NCBI GenBank assembly: GCA_963693365.1
Contig: CAVNZM010000002.1
Coordinates: forward strand, 186,001 to 250,000
Length of the DNA: 64,000 bases
Origin: Amoebidium appalachense
Taxonomy: Eukaryota; Protista; Ichthyosporea
Direction of reading: 5' to 3'
Positions 44,127 to 64,000 of the stretch are shown piece after piece (the stretch's first letter is position 1; every line of letters begins with the position of its first letter). The notes below the pieces were generated by a model. It saw only the letters and a program-made list of their open reading frames with translations. It was not told the DNA's origin and ran no database searches. Position numbers and translations under genes: made by a program.

Positions 44127-44323
44127 ATTTGTCGATTTCACATTCCCGAGTATAAAAGGGACTTCATCTTGAAATAAAAATCAAGCAGTTAAAAACATTT
44201 CATATGGTCCCAGAAATCGTTCCACCTCTCCGGTTGTGCTTCTCCCGTGTGTCTGTGTGTTGTGTATATCATAACACCCATCTGTGCACTCTGCTTCTCC
44301 GTTAAACCCACACAAAATAACCA

Positions 44324-44366
<43 letters not shown>

Positions 44367-45145
44367 CTCTCGGGCGTTCCGATTCGGCCGGGACGATTTT
44401 TGGAACTGTTTTCAAATATCGGAAATTCCGTTTTTTTTTCGTAACTTCGAACCCTGCCCACAATGCCCAATGCAACGCCGCGACCGGGAGTCGGAGGGAC
44501 ACATGCATGGCCAGAGTCACACACAGGCCTCCACGCCTGGCCATGGCACATAAGTGGTTTTATGTCCTCACCTTCCGTCTCCTAGCCCCAGTGTATTTTG
44601 AGCTAGAATCAACTTTAGGAATAGTACGCCAAAGCCTACCCGGTGGCGGGGAACAGCAATAAAACGGTTGCAACGCTGAAGGGTATATGTGCCCCCGTGC
44701 ATCATACATAGCACACGTCCGCGTGTGTGGTACATAGTAGCAGTCCGTGCACTGCATTGGTGTGCTTGGCTCCAGCTTTCGACACCATTCTTCATTATTG
44801 CATGCCCCCTGGCATACATACATATGCATCTATATTAACTAACAAACTCCCAAGAATATTTTAGAGTTTGCTGTCAAAATACCGCATTTTTACCGTAATA
44901 TTAATGCAAACTTCAGGAAAAACGAACATTGTAAAACGTGGTCTTTTTTTCGATGGAAGCGAAATATCGGCACTGCAGTTTGGCCGGAGTGTGAACAAAC
45001 GACAACAAGCCGGTGTAGGGCACTGTCATACCGGCCCCACCACCATTGCATGGTACTTACATACGTGCATCAACTATGTGCATGGACCCTGTGTCCAGCC
45101 AATCAAACTCGTCATCTAAAAATAACCCCACAACTTCAATATTGG

Positions 45146-45455
45146 CTATCTCTTTGCCGTTGCTGCTGCCTTCCACACCTGCATGACGGCCTCACCAAAG
45201 ACCCTCTCTGCCTGGTCCTGTTTCCTCGCCGATACCTCGATGTACGGGGAATCAAGCCGCTCACTCACTATCCGCCCCTCTCGCTCGCTCACCTTGCGCT
45301 CCTGTCCATAGGGTGTGCCATTGCAGCCGTTAGCAAGGCAATAAAACCAATGAAGCAGGGTGCGCAATAAACCACCTTATAGTAGCCACTTTCAGTGGAC
45401 CCACCAAAGACTGAAGCTAGGATGGGTGTTTCAGGCCGAGCGAGGAGAGAAAAAA

Positions 45456-45505
<50 letters not shown>

Positions 45506-46767
45506 CTGATAGAATAGTGCACACACACACACCCACACACACACACACACACACACAACCAGCTGATACCGAGTGTCCCAGGGGAGCCCGGAAAAAAAAA
45601 CAAAAAAAAACAAAAAAAAACGGGGAACCCCAACTAATCAATTTTTCTTAGTCTTTATGGTGTCTCGTAGAGAAAGTAAACCCTGATATATAATCATCAC
45701 CCGACATCTATGTACGCGATCATGATATACCGCGAGGGGATATTCCGAGCAAAACCCCCCCATACCTGAGACTGGTCTCTCTTTGCCCCGAGTAAACAGC
45801 GTAAACCCCAATAGTCTATCTGTTTATTCCTGCTCTTCCCAGTCACATACTTAGCCTGTTCCCGCCTATCCCGCCCCCGCGTACTTGGGGACCGCCTAGG
45901 GCCGCATACGCCAGGAACCATAACTGCCTTCCTATTGGCTAGTACATAATCCCGATCTATCCTGAGAGACTATATGTAATCCTATTGGACGATGTATTCG
46001 CGCACTGGCATCCGCGCAGGTATATAAAGCAGCCGGACCATCCTCAGATGGTACCGGAGGATCCGAGATCTCAAACTACTTCCTGCGAACCTCTCTGCTC
46101 TCGATCCGCTATGTAGAAGTGATTGTCTCTTACAGAGGTCACAGGACCGAACCTGCCTCTGCTCCACATTTATTCTGATGGGGGAGGGGGGGGGGGTGGG
46201 GAGGGGGGGGGGGGGGGTCTATTATTAAGGTCTATGTCGGGGTTTCTCGATTATGACGTAACTATGACGTAATCAATAATGAGCGTGATGTCAGGCTGAT
46301 GTCACGAATTTGGTAATGACGTCACCTGATTACGTACATGGCAGGCGAAGCCGATAAAACTGAGCGCACTGATTGGTAATTGCCATATAGAATTGTTCGC
46401 TTTAGGAAAGTCCGGACATGGATAAAAGATTACGTCAGGATCGAGAAAGGCCGACATAGTCCGTAAGTGTGGGAAAGAAGGGTTGTGCATATGCATAGTC
46501 TCTAATGCGCAGTCGTGAAGGTTTTTCAGAATGCGTGATGGATATGCCCCGCCAGTGCCATTGGGTGCCCCCCCCCCTCCCCCCCCCCCCCCCCCCCCCC
46601 TCTCCCCTCCCTCCCGGGCGCCCCGCCCTGCCCCGAACCTCTTCCTCCCTGTGTCCCGTCACCTCTCCTCAATCCCCGTTCATATTGCAGACTCTTTCCT
46701 CCCTTTTCCCCTTGATATCCGTTCACAATCAGCGATCCCCTCCTCCACCCCCCTCCAACCCCTCCCC

Positions 46768-46804
<37 letters not shown>

Positions 46805-46965
46805 TTCCCCGTCCCCCCCCCCCCCCCCCCCCACCCACCCACCCAAAAAAAAAAAAACACCTCACACACACACACACACCAACTCCAGAATTCCGTCCCC
46901 CTCCCCCCACCCCTCCCAAACACAACATACACACACAGCCGTTTTTTGCCCCTTAAAAAACACAC

Positions 46966-47017
<52 letters not shown>

Positions 47018-47600
47018 ATCCCTTTCATCCACAACACCACACACCATTCACAAAAGAACACACACAAAAGCGGGAGCGCATAGACATACATGTACGCCTG
47101 CACCCACACACAGACACGCCGGCGCGCACATACACGCACGCACGTATGCAGGCATGCATGCACACACGCACATCCACCCACCCACACACCTGTGGATCCT
47201 CCTCCGGGACATCCGCCTTATTTCCAACCACCACCATTGGTGACGGCTGCCCCCCCCCTCACCCTCTTCACCCTTTCAGCCAAATTTTGCATGCGCACAA
47301 AACTACTGCGATCGGTGACGGAATAGACCAGTAGCAGCCCGTCACTCGTCCTAATATGGTCATCGAGATCGATCTTATCGACGTAATCGGGCAGACCCCC
47401 CGTGTCGACCACCTCGACTGTGGCCTTTGAGCCTGCAATGACTGCATGGCGCATGTATGTGTCCTCGACGGTGGCCTCATAGCTGTCTAAGAAGTGCCCT
47501 GCTACGTAGTGCACACACAAGGCTGTCTTGCCCACCTGCACACACACACACACACACACACGCGCACACACGCACACACGCGCACGCACACACACACAGC

Positions 47601-47659
<59 letters not shown>

Positions 47660-47714
47660 GGAGAGAGAGACCCTTGAAGAGAGAGCCGCACACACAGACA
47701 GACACGCACGCACG

Positions 47715-47807
<93 letters not shown>

Positions 47808-48081
47808 GGGGGTAGCAGTCCTGTCAGCAAGGCCTCCCTCCAACCTCTGTCCATGCATACATGGTTGCATGTAGGGGCACACATCCATACCCACAACACT
47901 CCACCAACCTCCACCGCTGTCCGACCGTGCAGCCAAAAGCTTACCCAATGACCATCATAGTTCCTTTCCTCCCTCCCCCCCTTTCTCCCCCCCTTCTCCC
48001 CCCCCCCCCCCCCCCCCAAAAAAAAAAGAAAAATCTCCCCCCTCCCCCCCCCCCCCAAAAAAAAAACAAAAACAAAAAACA

Positions 48082-48170
<89 letters not shown>

Positions 48171-48866
48171 CCACCTCCTCTGCCCCTAGCACGGTCAGTT
48201 TCAGCTCCAACTTTCTTGGGCCCAGGCCCAGAGATTTGTCGGGGGTTGCCCATGTGGCCACGGACCCAGGGCGTGTCTTGCGCGGTAGTGGCTGGGGGGG
48301 TGCAGTGGCACCGGGGAGTTTGGGTGCGGAGGGGGTCGTGGGGGAGGCTGGAGAGGGGGGTGGGGCAGAGCCGCTGGCCTGAAGAATCTCCCCGAACTTG
48401 GCTTTGAAGGCCTGTGGGGTGGGGAGGGAGGGGGTTAGTGGCAGGGAGGTCCCGGGGGGGGAGGGGGGAGGTTGGTGGGTAGGTGGATATTGGGGGGAGG
48501 GGGGGGGGGGGGGGGAGGATTGGAAGCAATAGGAAGAAACAGAATTGCGGTGATGAAAGAAGGGTGTGCGGGGTCAAATATAAAATGATTGAGGAAGGAA
48601 CGGTGGATTGGGGTTCTGACAAAGCGCATACAGCACATATGTGGCCCCGTTTGATCACAGCACGCAAAAGCAAAAGACACACACGCAAACCACGATGCAC
48701 ACCTTCAAAACGAAATTGTGGGTGCAAAAACAGAGAGGGAACGGGGTTATTCCATTTGCAAGCACACACCCACACAGGCACAGGCATAGGCAGCACAACC
48801 CTCCGCCGTACCTCAACCCTATCCCATACCCACACCCGAAACCCCTTCTCATCCTGATCCCCCCCC

Positions 48867-48897
<31 letters not shown>

Positions 48898-48910
48898 ACA
48901 CGACGTACAG

Positions 48911-48946
<36 letters not shown>

Positions 48947-49227
48947 CCCACACACATAGATAACAAAATTCGACCCCATCCACCTCCTTCCCACCACCCA
49001 TACCAACACCCACCCACTAACCCGCCACACTTCCGCACTCACCCACACTAAATGCTCCGCCCCCTCCCCCCCCCCTCCCCCGCCCAATCCCCCATGCGCC
49101 CCCTACACCCATCCCCCCCAAAATCCCCACGCAGCCAACGTGATGCCTGTCCCCTCCCCTCCTTCCCCCATACACACACTCACAAGCAACAAAATAACCC
49201 TCCCCCCCCCCTCCCGTACACACACAC

Positions 49228-49261
<34 letters not shown>

Positions 49262-49370
49262 CAACAAAATAACCCCCCTTCCCTCCCCCCCCCCAAACAC
49301 ACACACACAAACAACAAAATAACCCCCCCCCCCCCCCCCCCCCCCCCCCACACACACGCAACAAAATAAT

Positions 49371-49403
<33 letters not shown>

Positions 49404-49643
49404 ACACATAAACACAAGCAACAAAATAATCCCCCCTCCCCCTCCCTCCCAAACACACACACACCCGCCCACCTCCTCCAGCTTTGCCAGTTCCGCCTTC
49501 AGTCTTCTGTTTGCCTCATAGCTCTGTGCTAGCTCCGCCTGTGGCCCCACCCCATTGGTTAAAAACATTCCATTCCCTCCTGCCATTGGCAGATATCAAT
49601 CCCTAACCACACATCTGCAACCCGCATCATCCATCTACCCCCC

Positions 49644-49675
<32 letters not shown>

Positions 49676-49751
49676 GGGGGGAAGAGAAATCTATAAAAGA
49701 AAAACACACACCAACCCACGACATCTTCCCCTCAAGATAACACTTCTCGAA

Positions 49752-49782
<31 letters not shown>

Positions 49783-50523
49783 AAAAAAAAACCTCAACCC
49801 CTCCTTCCTCCTCCCCCCCCCCCCCCTCCCTCCCCCACCTCTCCCCCCCCCCCCCCCCCCCCAAAAAAAAATAAAAAAAATAAAAATAAGCCCCTCCTTC
49901 CACTCCTTTCATACCCACACCCCCCCACACACACACACCCAAGCCCCATCTCCTCCCCCCCCCCCCCCCCCCCCCTCCCCCCCCCTCCCTCCCCCCTCCC
50001 CCTCCCCTCCCCGCACACCTTCAGCTGTGCAATAGTGGACTCCTGCTCTGCGGTCTTTGCCCACAGAAAAGACATCTCCTGCTCCTTGGCCCTGTATGCA
50101 CTGTCGTCCCCATTCTCACCACCCTCAAACGCCTGCTCAAGCCCAAAAGTCATTACACGATAGCTGGACAGGCTGGCATAGCATCGAAAGTACTAGGGAG
50201 GCGGGATGGTTGGATGGGGGGGGGGGGGGGGGGGGGTGAAGGGGGGATGATAGGAGAGCTTCCACATGTCTGCTAATTCTGATACCTGCACAATACGGCA
50301 AATCAACAACAACCCTCGCACACATGGTTTGCAACGTATTACCAAGGTGGCTACAACAACAAACATCAATTCTCATCCCAAATTCCCAGTTTAGTCTGTC
50401 AGGGTATGCTCTCAACCGACCAATAGATAGTATGCTGTGTCCTGTAGCCGCCCCCCCCCCCCCCCCCCTTCCGCCCGCCCCCCCCCCCCTCCCGCCCCCC
50501 CCTCCCCCCCCCCCCCCCCCCCC

Positions 50524-50558
<35 letters not shown>

Positions 50559-51039
50559 ACACGTACACAAGCACACACCTTTATTGGTGCCAGTTGTCCC
50601 AGTAGCTTGGTACCAGCCACCAGCTCTGCAGGCACAGGTTAGCAATATGTGTGGTATGATCCTATCCTTTACTCCACAGACAGTGAATTATTGGAACAAA
50701 AGAGGCACCAAGAACTTAGCAGTTGCATGAGCCTGTGAGCATCACTGGCACAAATTCAAGTATGCCCATAGATGCAAGCACATGCACCACAGAGGCAAAT
50801 GGAGTCGCATAACGACCAAAGCCCTTGAGACGCACACGGAAAAAAGCTATTCCACTAAGGTGCACTCTCACTCATGTATGGACATAAAAAGTGTGGGTTG
50901 TGCGCGGACACACGACATTCACATGGCCATGACACACACACAAGCACACACAGACACATGCACATGCACATACACACGCACGGCCGCACATACACACAAA
51001 CCCACACCCACATACACACACACACACACACATCACACA

Positions 51040-51083
<44 letters not shown>

Positions 51084-51410
51084 GGCACACACCTTCACAA
51101 CCATATGAATACAAAACATCAAGAACACACAAACTACAGGGGCGCAAACCTGCCAGGCTTATATCTGTACTTAGACACGAGCGATGCCACAGAGTTGCAC
51201 GCCCAAAAAACTCGTACACACGCACACCGAAACACACACTTGTGCAACCTCACACGCACACCCTCTCTCCCTCCACCCCCGAGTACTCTCCCTCCGCACA
51301 CACGCACCCTCTGCTGCACGTGCCACCAGCGCGGCTCTCTCCTGCACGTAGCGCACCAAGTCCACCCCTTCGCCCGGCCCTTTGAGGCCCGATCCACCAG
51401 CCTCCGCCAT
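45146..51410 (-). CDS. Atypical Ras-family small GTPase with an N-terminal helical/coiled-coil and Pro-rich extension and no CaaX box
   Basis: Exons 51410-51308, 50625-50579, probable micro-exon ~50285-50266, 50163-50019, 49538-49473, ~48853-48812, 48411-48175, 47535-47190, 45301-45146. G1 GAEEVGKT, effector region [10 protein letters not shown]3 DTGGL, G4 NKAD, G5 VSAR. One +1 frameshift lies in a 9-G run at 47250-58 (probable homopolymer error). Confidence 0.82.
45511..46172. mobile_element. Promoter-bearing (LTR-like) insertion interrupting a poly-G tract; hosts a nested LINE 3' end
   Basis: Bounded by TTCTGAT direct repeats (45504-10 and 46173-79) with poly-G on both outer sides. Contains ATTGG boxes and TATATAAA (46021-28). 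Confidence 0.5.
45519..45809 (+). mobile_element. Second, extremely 5'-truncated copy (3' UTR only) of the LINE at 22765-24637
   Basis: Aligns end to end with the reverse complement of 22765-23140, ends at the same GTAAACAGCGTAAACCCC, and has a 6-bp TSD AATAGT (45513-18 and 45810-15). Confidence 0.92.
46228..46463. mobile_element. PIF/Harbinger-like MITE
   Basis: ~35-bp imperfect TIRs: AGGTCTATGTCGGGGTTTCTCGATTATGACGTAA versus reverse complement CGGACTATGTCGGCCTTTCTCGATCCTGACGTAA. Flanked by TTA/TAA. Multiple TGACGT motifs inside. Confidence 0.72.
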
Positions 51411-51899
51411 GGCTGGCTCAAAGGCCCTTCCTACAGCACCGAAACAGTGACACCAACAGTTAGGTCTGCATGTGCCCGCGAACTTGTGATTACTATGATG
51501 CACGAGGTACTGAAATGATGTGGTTTGACTGCGGCTGTATAGAGAATTAAGAGATGTTGACGTAAGTTATGCAACTTACTGTGAAGGGGGGTCTTCTGAG
51601 CCAGAAACTTGGATCCCGCTAACAGTTCCCTGTGCTGGCTGCGGCCTCGGTCTCACTAAATAATTAATATGTAGCTACACACTGCATGAATGGCGTCACT
51701 AGGGTTGGTGTAGGTGGCTACCAGGAACAGTGAATTCGCCTAGCCAATGCTGATTTTAGCCAAGCACTAAACCGAAAAATACATCGATAACAGCAAGGGC
51801 CTAAATGTAACGAGAAAGGCTGGCAGAAACCATGAAGTGGAAGCTTATGAGTTCAACAGAAAACTTTCAGAACACAGCTGTGGTGCTCGATTTGCGCAA

Positions 51900-52200
51900 C
51901 GGTCGGACCTAAACGCAGAGGAATGTGGCCGAAACAAACATGTGACAAAAGTCCAATCAGACGTTCAATAAGATTTTGGAGCAGGATTAGTGCTTTTATT
52001 GCACTATAGAAATAGATTGTATAAAGAATACTTTATTCTGCCTCAAAAATTATAACTATTGTTTCATAGCATTAAAATTCGCGCTGTATACGGCTCTTTA
52101 TGTGAATAAATCGGGTTAAAAGCTGTTCACTTTTTCCTTCAGTCTATGACGTCACTGACATTTGATTGGGTAAGAATGGCGCCAAAATTTTTCTGTGTGC
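51900..52200. promoter_or_regulatory. Divergent promoter region between the Ras-like gene and CCT5
   Basis: Microsatellite-free, AT-rich head-to-head interval with CCAAT (~51953), TGACGTCA (52147-54), TGATTGG (52163-69) and ATGGCGCCAAAA (YY1/E2F-like). Confidence 0.6.
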
Positions 52201-52783
52201 CGGCAACAACTCGTGACACAGCAAACAGAAAACGAAGTTTCGAGCTATCGTTGTGGAAACTCCGTAGCCATCAGCCGCATCCGCCCTAAATTAACTCCAT
52301 CCAGGCCCATCCGACTGCCAAATACCTTCCCTGGTACGCAACAACCAGTCTTCTAGCCATATGAGAGGTTTTTTGGGGACTATAGGGCCGTGCAACATAT
52401 GGATAGCGGTTCCATAGGGGGACCATAGTCGTCGTTGAGATATATTGAGATTTTTCAGCTTAGCTGTGTACCGAGCAGTCACATTGCTTATGTTATATAA
52501 TAATTTACAGACCAAGATCCTCCAACGAGACGTACCGTCGACAACCCAACCGACGGGATCTCTACATAGCACTGCATGCAGATCTTGTTTAAGGATCACA
52601 CATATAGATCCTCGTAGCTTTTTTGCACACCTCTGTGCACCCGACTCCTCTTTATTGTTTCTCTCGCGATTCGGCGTGAAAGCTCTGGAAGAGGCCTAAA
52701 TTTTGGCGCATGAAGCTGTACACGAACCTTAGCAGTGTCTCACACTCCGTCCCTCCCCTGCAGACACAGGGTAACTCAGCAAA

Positions 52784-60416
<7,633 letters not shown>

Positions 60417-61726
60417 CACATCACACACACACACACACACACATACGCACACACACACCCATAATATACACATGTACAGCAAGTATGAGCTTGTACTTTT
60501 GTCATTTTGCTAGCGCGGGCACGCTAGCAACACACGACCCCGTTAACTGTTTACCGGCCATTTCCTCCATTTTGTATTGTCCTACCAGCCAATCAGGGCC
60601 CATATGGCCGGATATAGGCCTGCACGAAACTAATGCCGTATGTATGCCGCCTGACTGGGGGCCTGGCCAGGTGCCACCCCACTGCCCCCACCAGCAATAA
60701 ATCCAGTTTTAACCGTTTCATGGGTGCATGCTGTGTATACGTGCACACAGGCGCAGCCACTGGGCCAGGCCATGCGGTGGTTGCATGCACGTTCACGTAC
60801 ATGCCGTGGCCACATGGTGCACGCAGCACGTGCCACTATACACATGCAGTCTGCATGTGTGCATGCACGTGCACGCACGACTCACATATATATTGCAGTG
60901 GTGACAATGTCCGGGTCAGAATTCGAAAGCGACACCCGCTACGCGCACCACCGTGACGGCTGCCGGGTTTGCATCAAGTAATATAATTATATATCACACG
61001 TACACGCTCAAGCTCATGAAACTCTGCACATGCACATGCTTGTGTGGTGTACCGGGCGCAAATGGTTTTGCTATGGGGACTTGAAAACGTGCATGGAAAC
61101 AAGGAAACAACAATTATCGCTGCATCCGTACACCTCAAATGTGCACTGATCCACAGCAGCTGTGCGCACACCGTCATGTACATATGCCAATGTGATAATT
61201 GATTCTAACTACAATCTGCGACACATCTGAAACACGTGCCCGGTCCCTTGCCTAGGCCTTGAGAAATCCAATTAGACGTGTGGTTGTGCCATAATCACGT
61301 ATACACACATGTGAATTACAGCACACATCATCTGGATCATCGACCCACAGTAAAGGGTTTTATGCAAATCACAGTTACGGTATACATGCATATGCTCATA
61401 CGTTTTATTCGATGCTGGCCGGCCAGCAGTAAGTTACCCTTCAGTTCCATTCAAACTATAGAGACAAGAACCACCACCAACCACAAAAGATAGACCCCCA
61501 TCTAGAGGTGCAGTGCCCGTCACCCGCAGGCACGTACACAGCAGCCAAGCACAGCTCGTGCTGCCTTCATACATGTGTTTATATTATAGGCCCAAATACG
61601 GGGGGTAAACGAACCAAATTTACAACAGAAAACTGAAACACCCCCAAAAAGCAAGCCCACTCCTGGGGCCGCCATCGCGTTAAAGTGGTGCCACCACACG
61701 TGTCAAATCAGTGCTATCCACGTGGT

Positions 61727-61883
61727 TCAGTGGTCCTCCATGACCCAGTGCAGCACGCCCTTGCCCTCGACATAGTTGAGTGCCCGCACACTGGACCAGT
61801 AGGCAAGCATGAAGTTGCTGTGGTCGGCCAGGTAATAATTGCCGAGCACCTGGGGGCATACATGTCAGTATGGAGATAACGTG

Positions 61884-61926
<43 letters not shown>

Positions 61927-62091
61927 GGGGGGGGGGGGGGGTTGAGGTTGCACATATATATGCGTGTTGGTAGAATGCTAGCACGTGTTCTGTGTGTGCA
62001 TCACCTTACGTGTTCACACATGTGTGAGGTGTAGGGTGTGAGGTGTAGGGGTTGCAAAGTCAAGCACATTTCGCGTAGGTGTCCATGATCT

Positions 62092-62124
<33 letters not shown>

Positions 62125-63644
62125 ACTCCCAATGCTCGAGCACAAGCCTGCACGTGCACTCACGCGCACACACACATCAAACACACATCAATGTGCGCAC
62201 ACACTGGCCGCCACACACAGAGGCACAACCCACAGACAGGCCACACACGCATGTACGCACGCACGGGCACACACAAATGAGCGCGCCCGCGAGCGCGCGC
62301 ACACACACACACACCTTCTTGATAGCCTCTGTGGCCTCGTTTGCATGGTAGAAGGGCAGCGCACTGAAGATATGGTGGGCCACGTGTGTGCTCGTAATGT
62401 AGTGTGTCTTGTAGTCCAGGAAACCCCCCATGGTGCGATCAACAGTGCACAGCGCACCCCTCAGCCAGTTCCACTCACCCTCATCGTAGTGGGGCACATT
62501 GGGGTGTGTGTGCTGCAGATACGTGATGGTCACGAGGTACCCGTTTGTCACCAGCAGGGCAGGAACATACAGCCACAGAACAAGAGAGGTGCCGAACTTC
62601 TGGCAGATCTCGTAGAGGATGAACGTCCATGCCACCAGGCCAAAGTTGGACAAAACAATCTTCCACTTGTCCTGTGCGGGCCAGATGGGGGCGTTGGGGT
62701 CGAAGTGGGAGATGATTTTGCCGTTTTTGGAGCCGGGGCCCGATGCGTTGATGGCCAGATAGAGCGGCCAGCCCAGGGTCCAGATGACCATGCCATTAAT
62801 GAAGGTCTGCAGGTAGCTGGCCTTGGGGGAGGGTCCGCCCTTCTCGGCTGCACGTGCATGGTGGGTGTTAGGAAGAAGATGATGTGTAGTCGTACGATTG
62901 TTCATGTAGAATAGAATTTGTGTGTTCACAAGTGTGCGCGGGTGTTCGTGAAGAATGTGTGTTTGTGTGTGTGTGTGTGCATGAAGGAGGTATGTAATCA
63001 TCACTGCACGAATTCGCAAGCGCAAAAATGCACCGGCGTACAAAATGTATGAAAATTCACGTGTGTTTGTGCTGAGAAACACCATGCACATGCACGGGGA
63101 CATCTCTGATGTACAACGACAAAAACTAGCATGGGACAGCTACAATCTGCAGCTTTCCATCCATGATTGCATGCATACTGTGCATATCGGCTGTGGATGT
63201 GGTCCGAGTGGCTGTGTGTGCGTTTTGAGTGTTTGCGGGCATGCGTGCCTTTGGTGGTCCGCATGGCTTGGTGCAGTTCATCAGTATCAGCGTGCACGCA
63301 CATGTCTGTAAGTGCATACCGTGTGCGCACGTGAATGAGCTATGCTAAATGTCCACTACATGTGGACATCTGTGCTAAATATGCAAGCACACCCACAGCA
63401 ATGTGTCTGTGTCACGTGTGTGTGTGCGTGTGTGAGTGAGTGTTTTGCGGATGGGGACGGATGCGCACTTTTGCCCTCGGGGTAGCGCTCGGGGATGTAG
63501 ACCTCGTCCTTGTCCATGTGGTTGGTGTAGTGGTGGTGCTTGGCATGCGACAGCTGCCATGCGTAGTAGGGCACGTACAGTGCTGTGTGCAGCACAAACC
63601 CAACAACATCATTGAGCACCTGGTTGGCTGAGAACCCACCGTGC
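61727..63644 (-). CDS. Delta-12/omega-type (FAD2-like) fatty acid desaturase, 5'-partial
   Basis: Exons 63644-63469, 62847-62315, 61849-61727 (TGA). Shows the last His of box 1 (HGGFS), box 2 HAKHH and box 3 HVAHH, plus TYLQHT, EWNWLRGALCTVDR and PFYHA.EATEAIK. Upstream exons lie beyond the window. Confidence 0.93.
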
Positions 63645-64000
63645 CTGGATAAAACATCAAGTAAGAAAAGTGTTTCCCTCACCTCTCCACTATGTGTACC
63701 GAAGACCCCCTTCCTGCTCTCTATGAGAAGAAAAATCTCAACACACACCAACAAGTATCCCTGAACAATTAACATCTCCAAGCCCCTATTCTTGAACCCC
63801 CTCCACCCTCCCCCCCCCCCCCACACCCCCCTCCCTGCGGCCAAACATAATTACTCCGAACTTCTTCCGTTGACGGGGGCCGACACCACACACTCGCAAC
63901 ACCTCAGTACCTTCCCTCCCCTGCCCTGCCATGCCCTCCCTTCCCTCCCCACCCCCACACCCCCCCAATCTCCCCTTCTCCCCTGTCTTGGAGTGATTCT

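Larger units (their letters stand above)
41270..44456 (+). mobile_element. Non-autonomous hAT DNA transposon (3187 bp)
   Basis: Perfect 12-bp TIRs CAGGGTTCGAAG (41270) / CTTCGAACCCTG (ends 44456) and a perfect 8-bp TSD CCCACAAT (41262-69 and 44457-64). Contains an internal transposase fragment. Confidence 0.93.

Noticed and set aside
45555-45600. Hammerhead ribozyme in the LINE 3' UTR (CTGATA...GAAA)
   Set aside because: The core is CUGAUAC rather than CUGANGA, and the GAAA is not conserved in the other copy.

Overview
Eukaryotic, intron-rich genomic DNA, probably from a unicellular opisthokont or holozoan (this is an inference from an animal-like group I PAK alongside a Delta-12 desaturase and a CE2 esterase). 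Introns are filled with (CA/TG)n, poly-G/poly-C and minisatellites, so nearly all supplied ORFs are repeat artefacts. I rebuilt the real genes by hand from GT-AG splice sites and reading frame. Eight genes: (1) a 5'-partial ELM2-SANT protein with two chromodomains (+); (2) a Nup153-like protein with six RanBP2 zinc fingers (-); (3) a CE2-like SGNH esterase (-); (4) a group I PAK kinase (+); (5) PDIA6/P5 (-); (6) an atypical Ras-family GTPase with an N-terminal extension, no CaaX box and G12/G13/Q61-type substitutions (-); (7) CCT5 (+); (8) a 5'-partial Delta-12/omega-type fatty acid desaturase (-). Mobile DNA: a 5'-truncated non-LTR retrotransposon plus a second 3'-end-only copy with a TSD, a complete non-autonomous hAT element with perfect 12-bp TIRs and an 8-bp TSD, and several MITE-like elements rich in CCAAT/TGACGT motifs. 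The most notable points are the LINE family with an internal poly(A) hairpin loop and a fixed GTAAACCCC 3' end shared with an adjacent palindromic element, the ELM2-SANT/double-chromodomain fusion, and the predicted GTPase-deficient, non-prenylated Ras.
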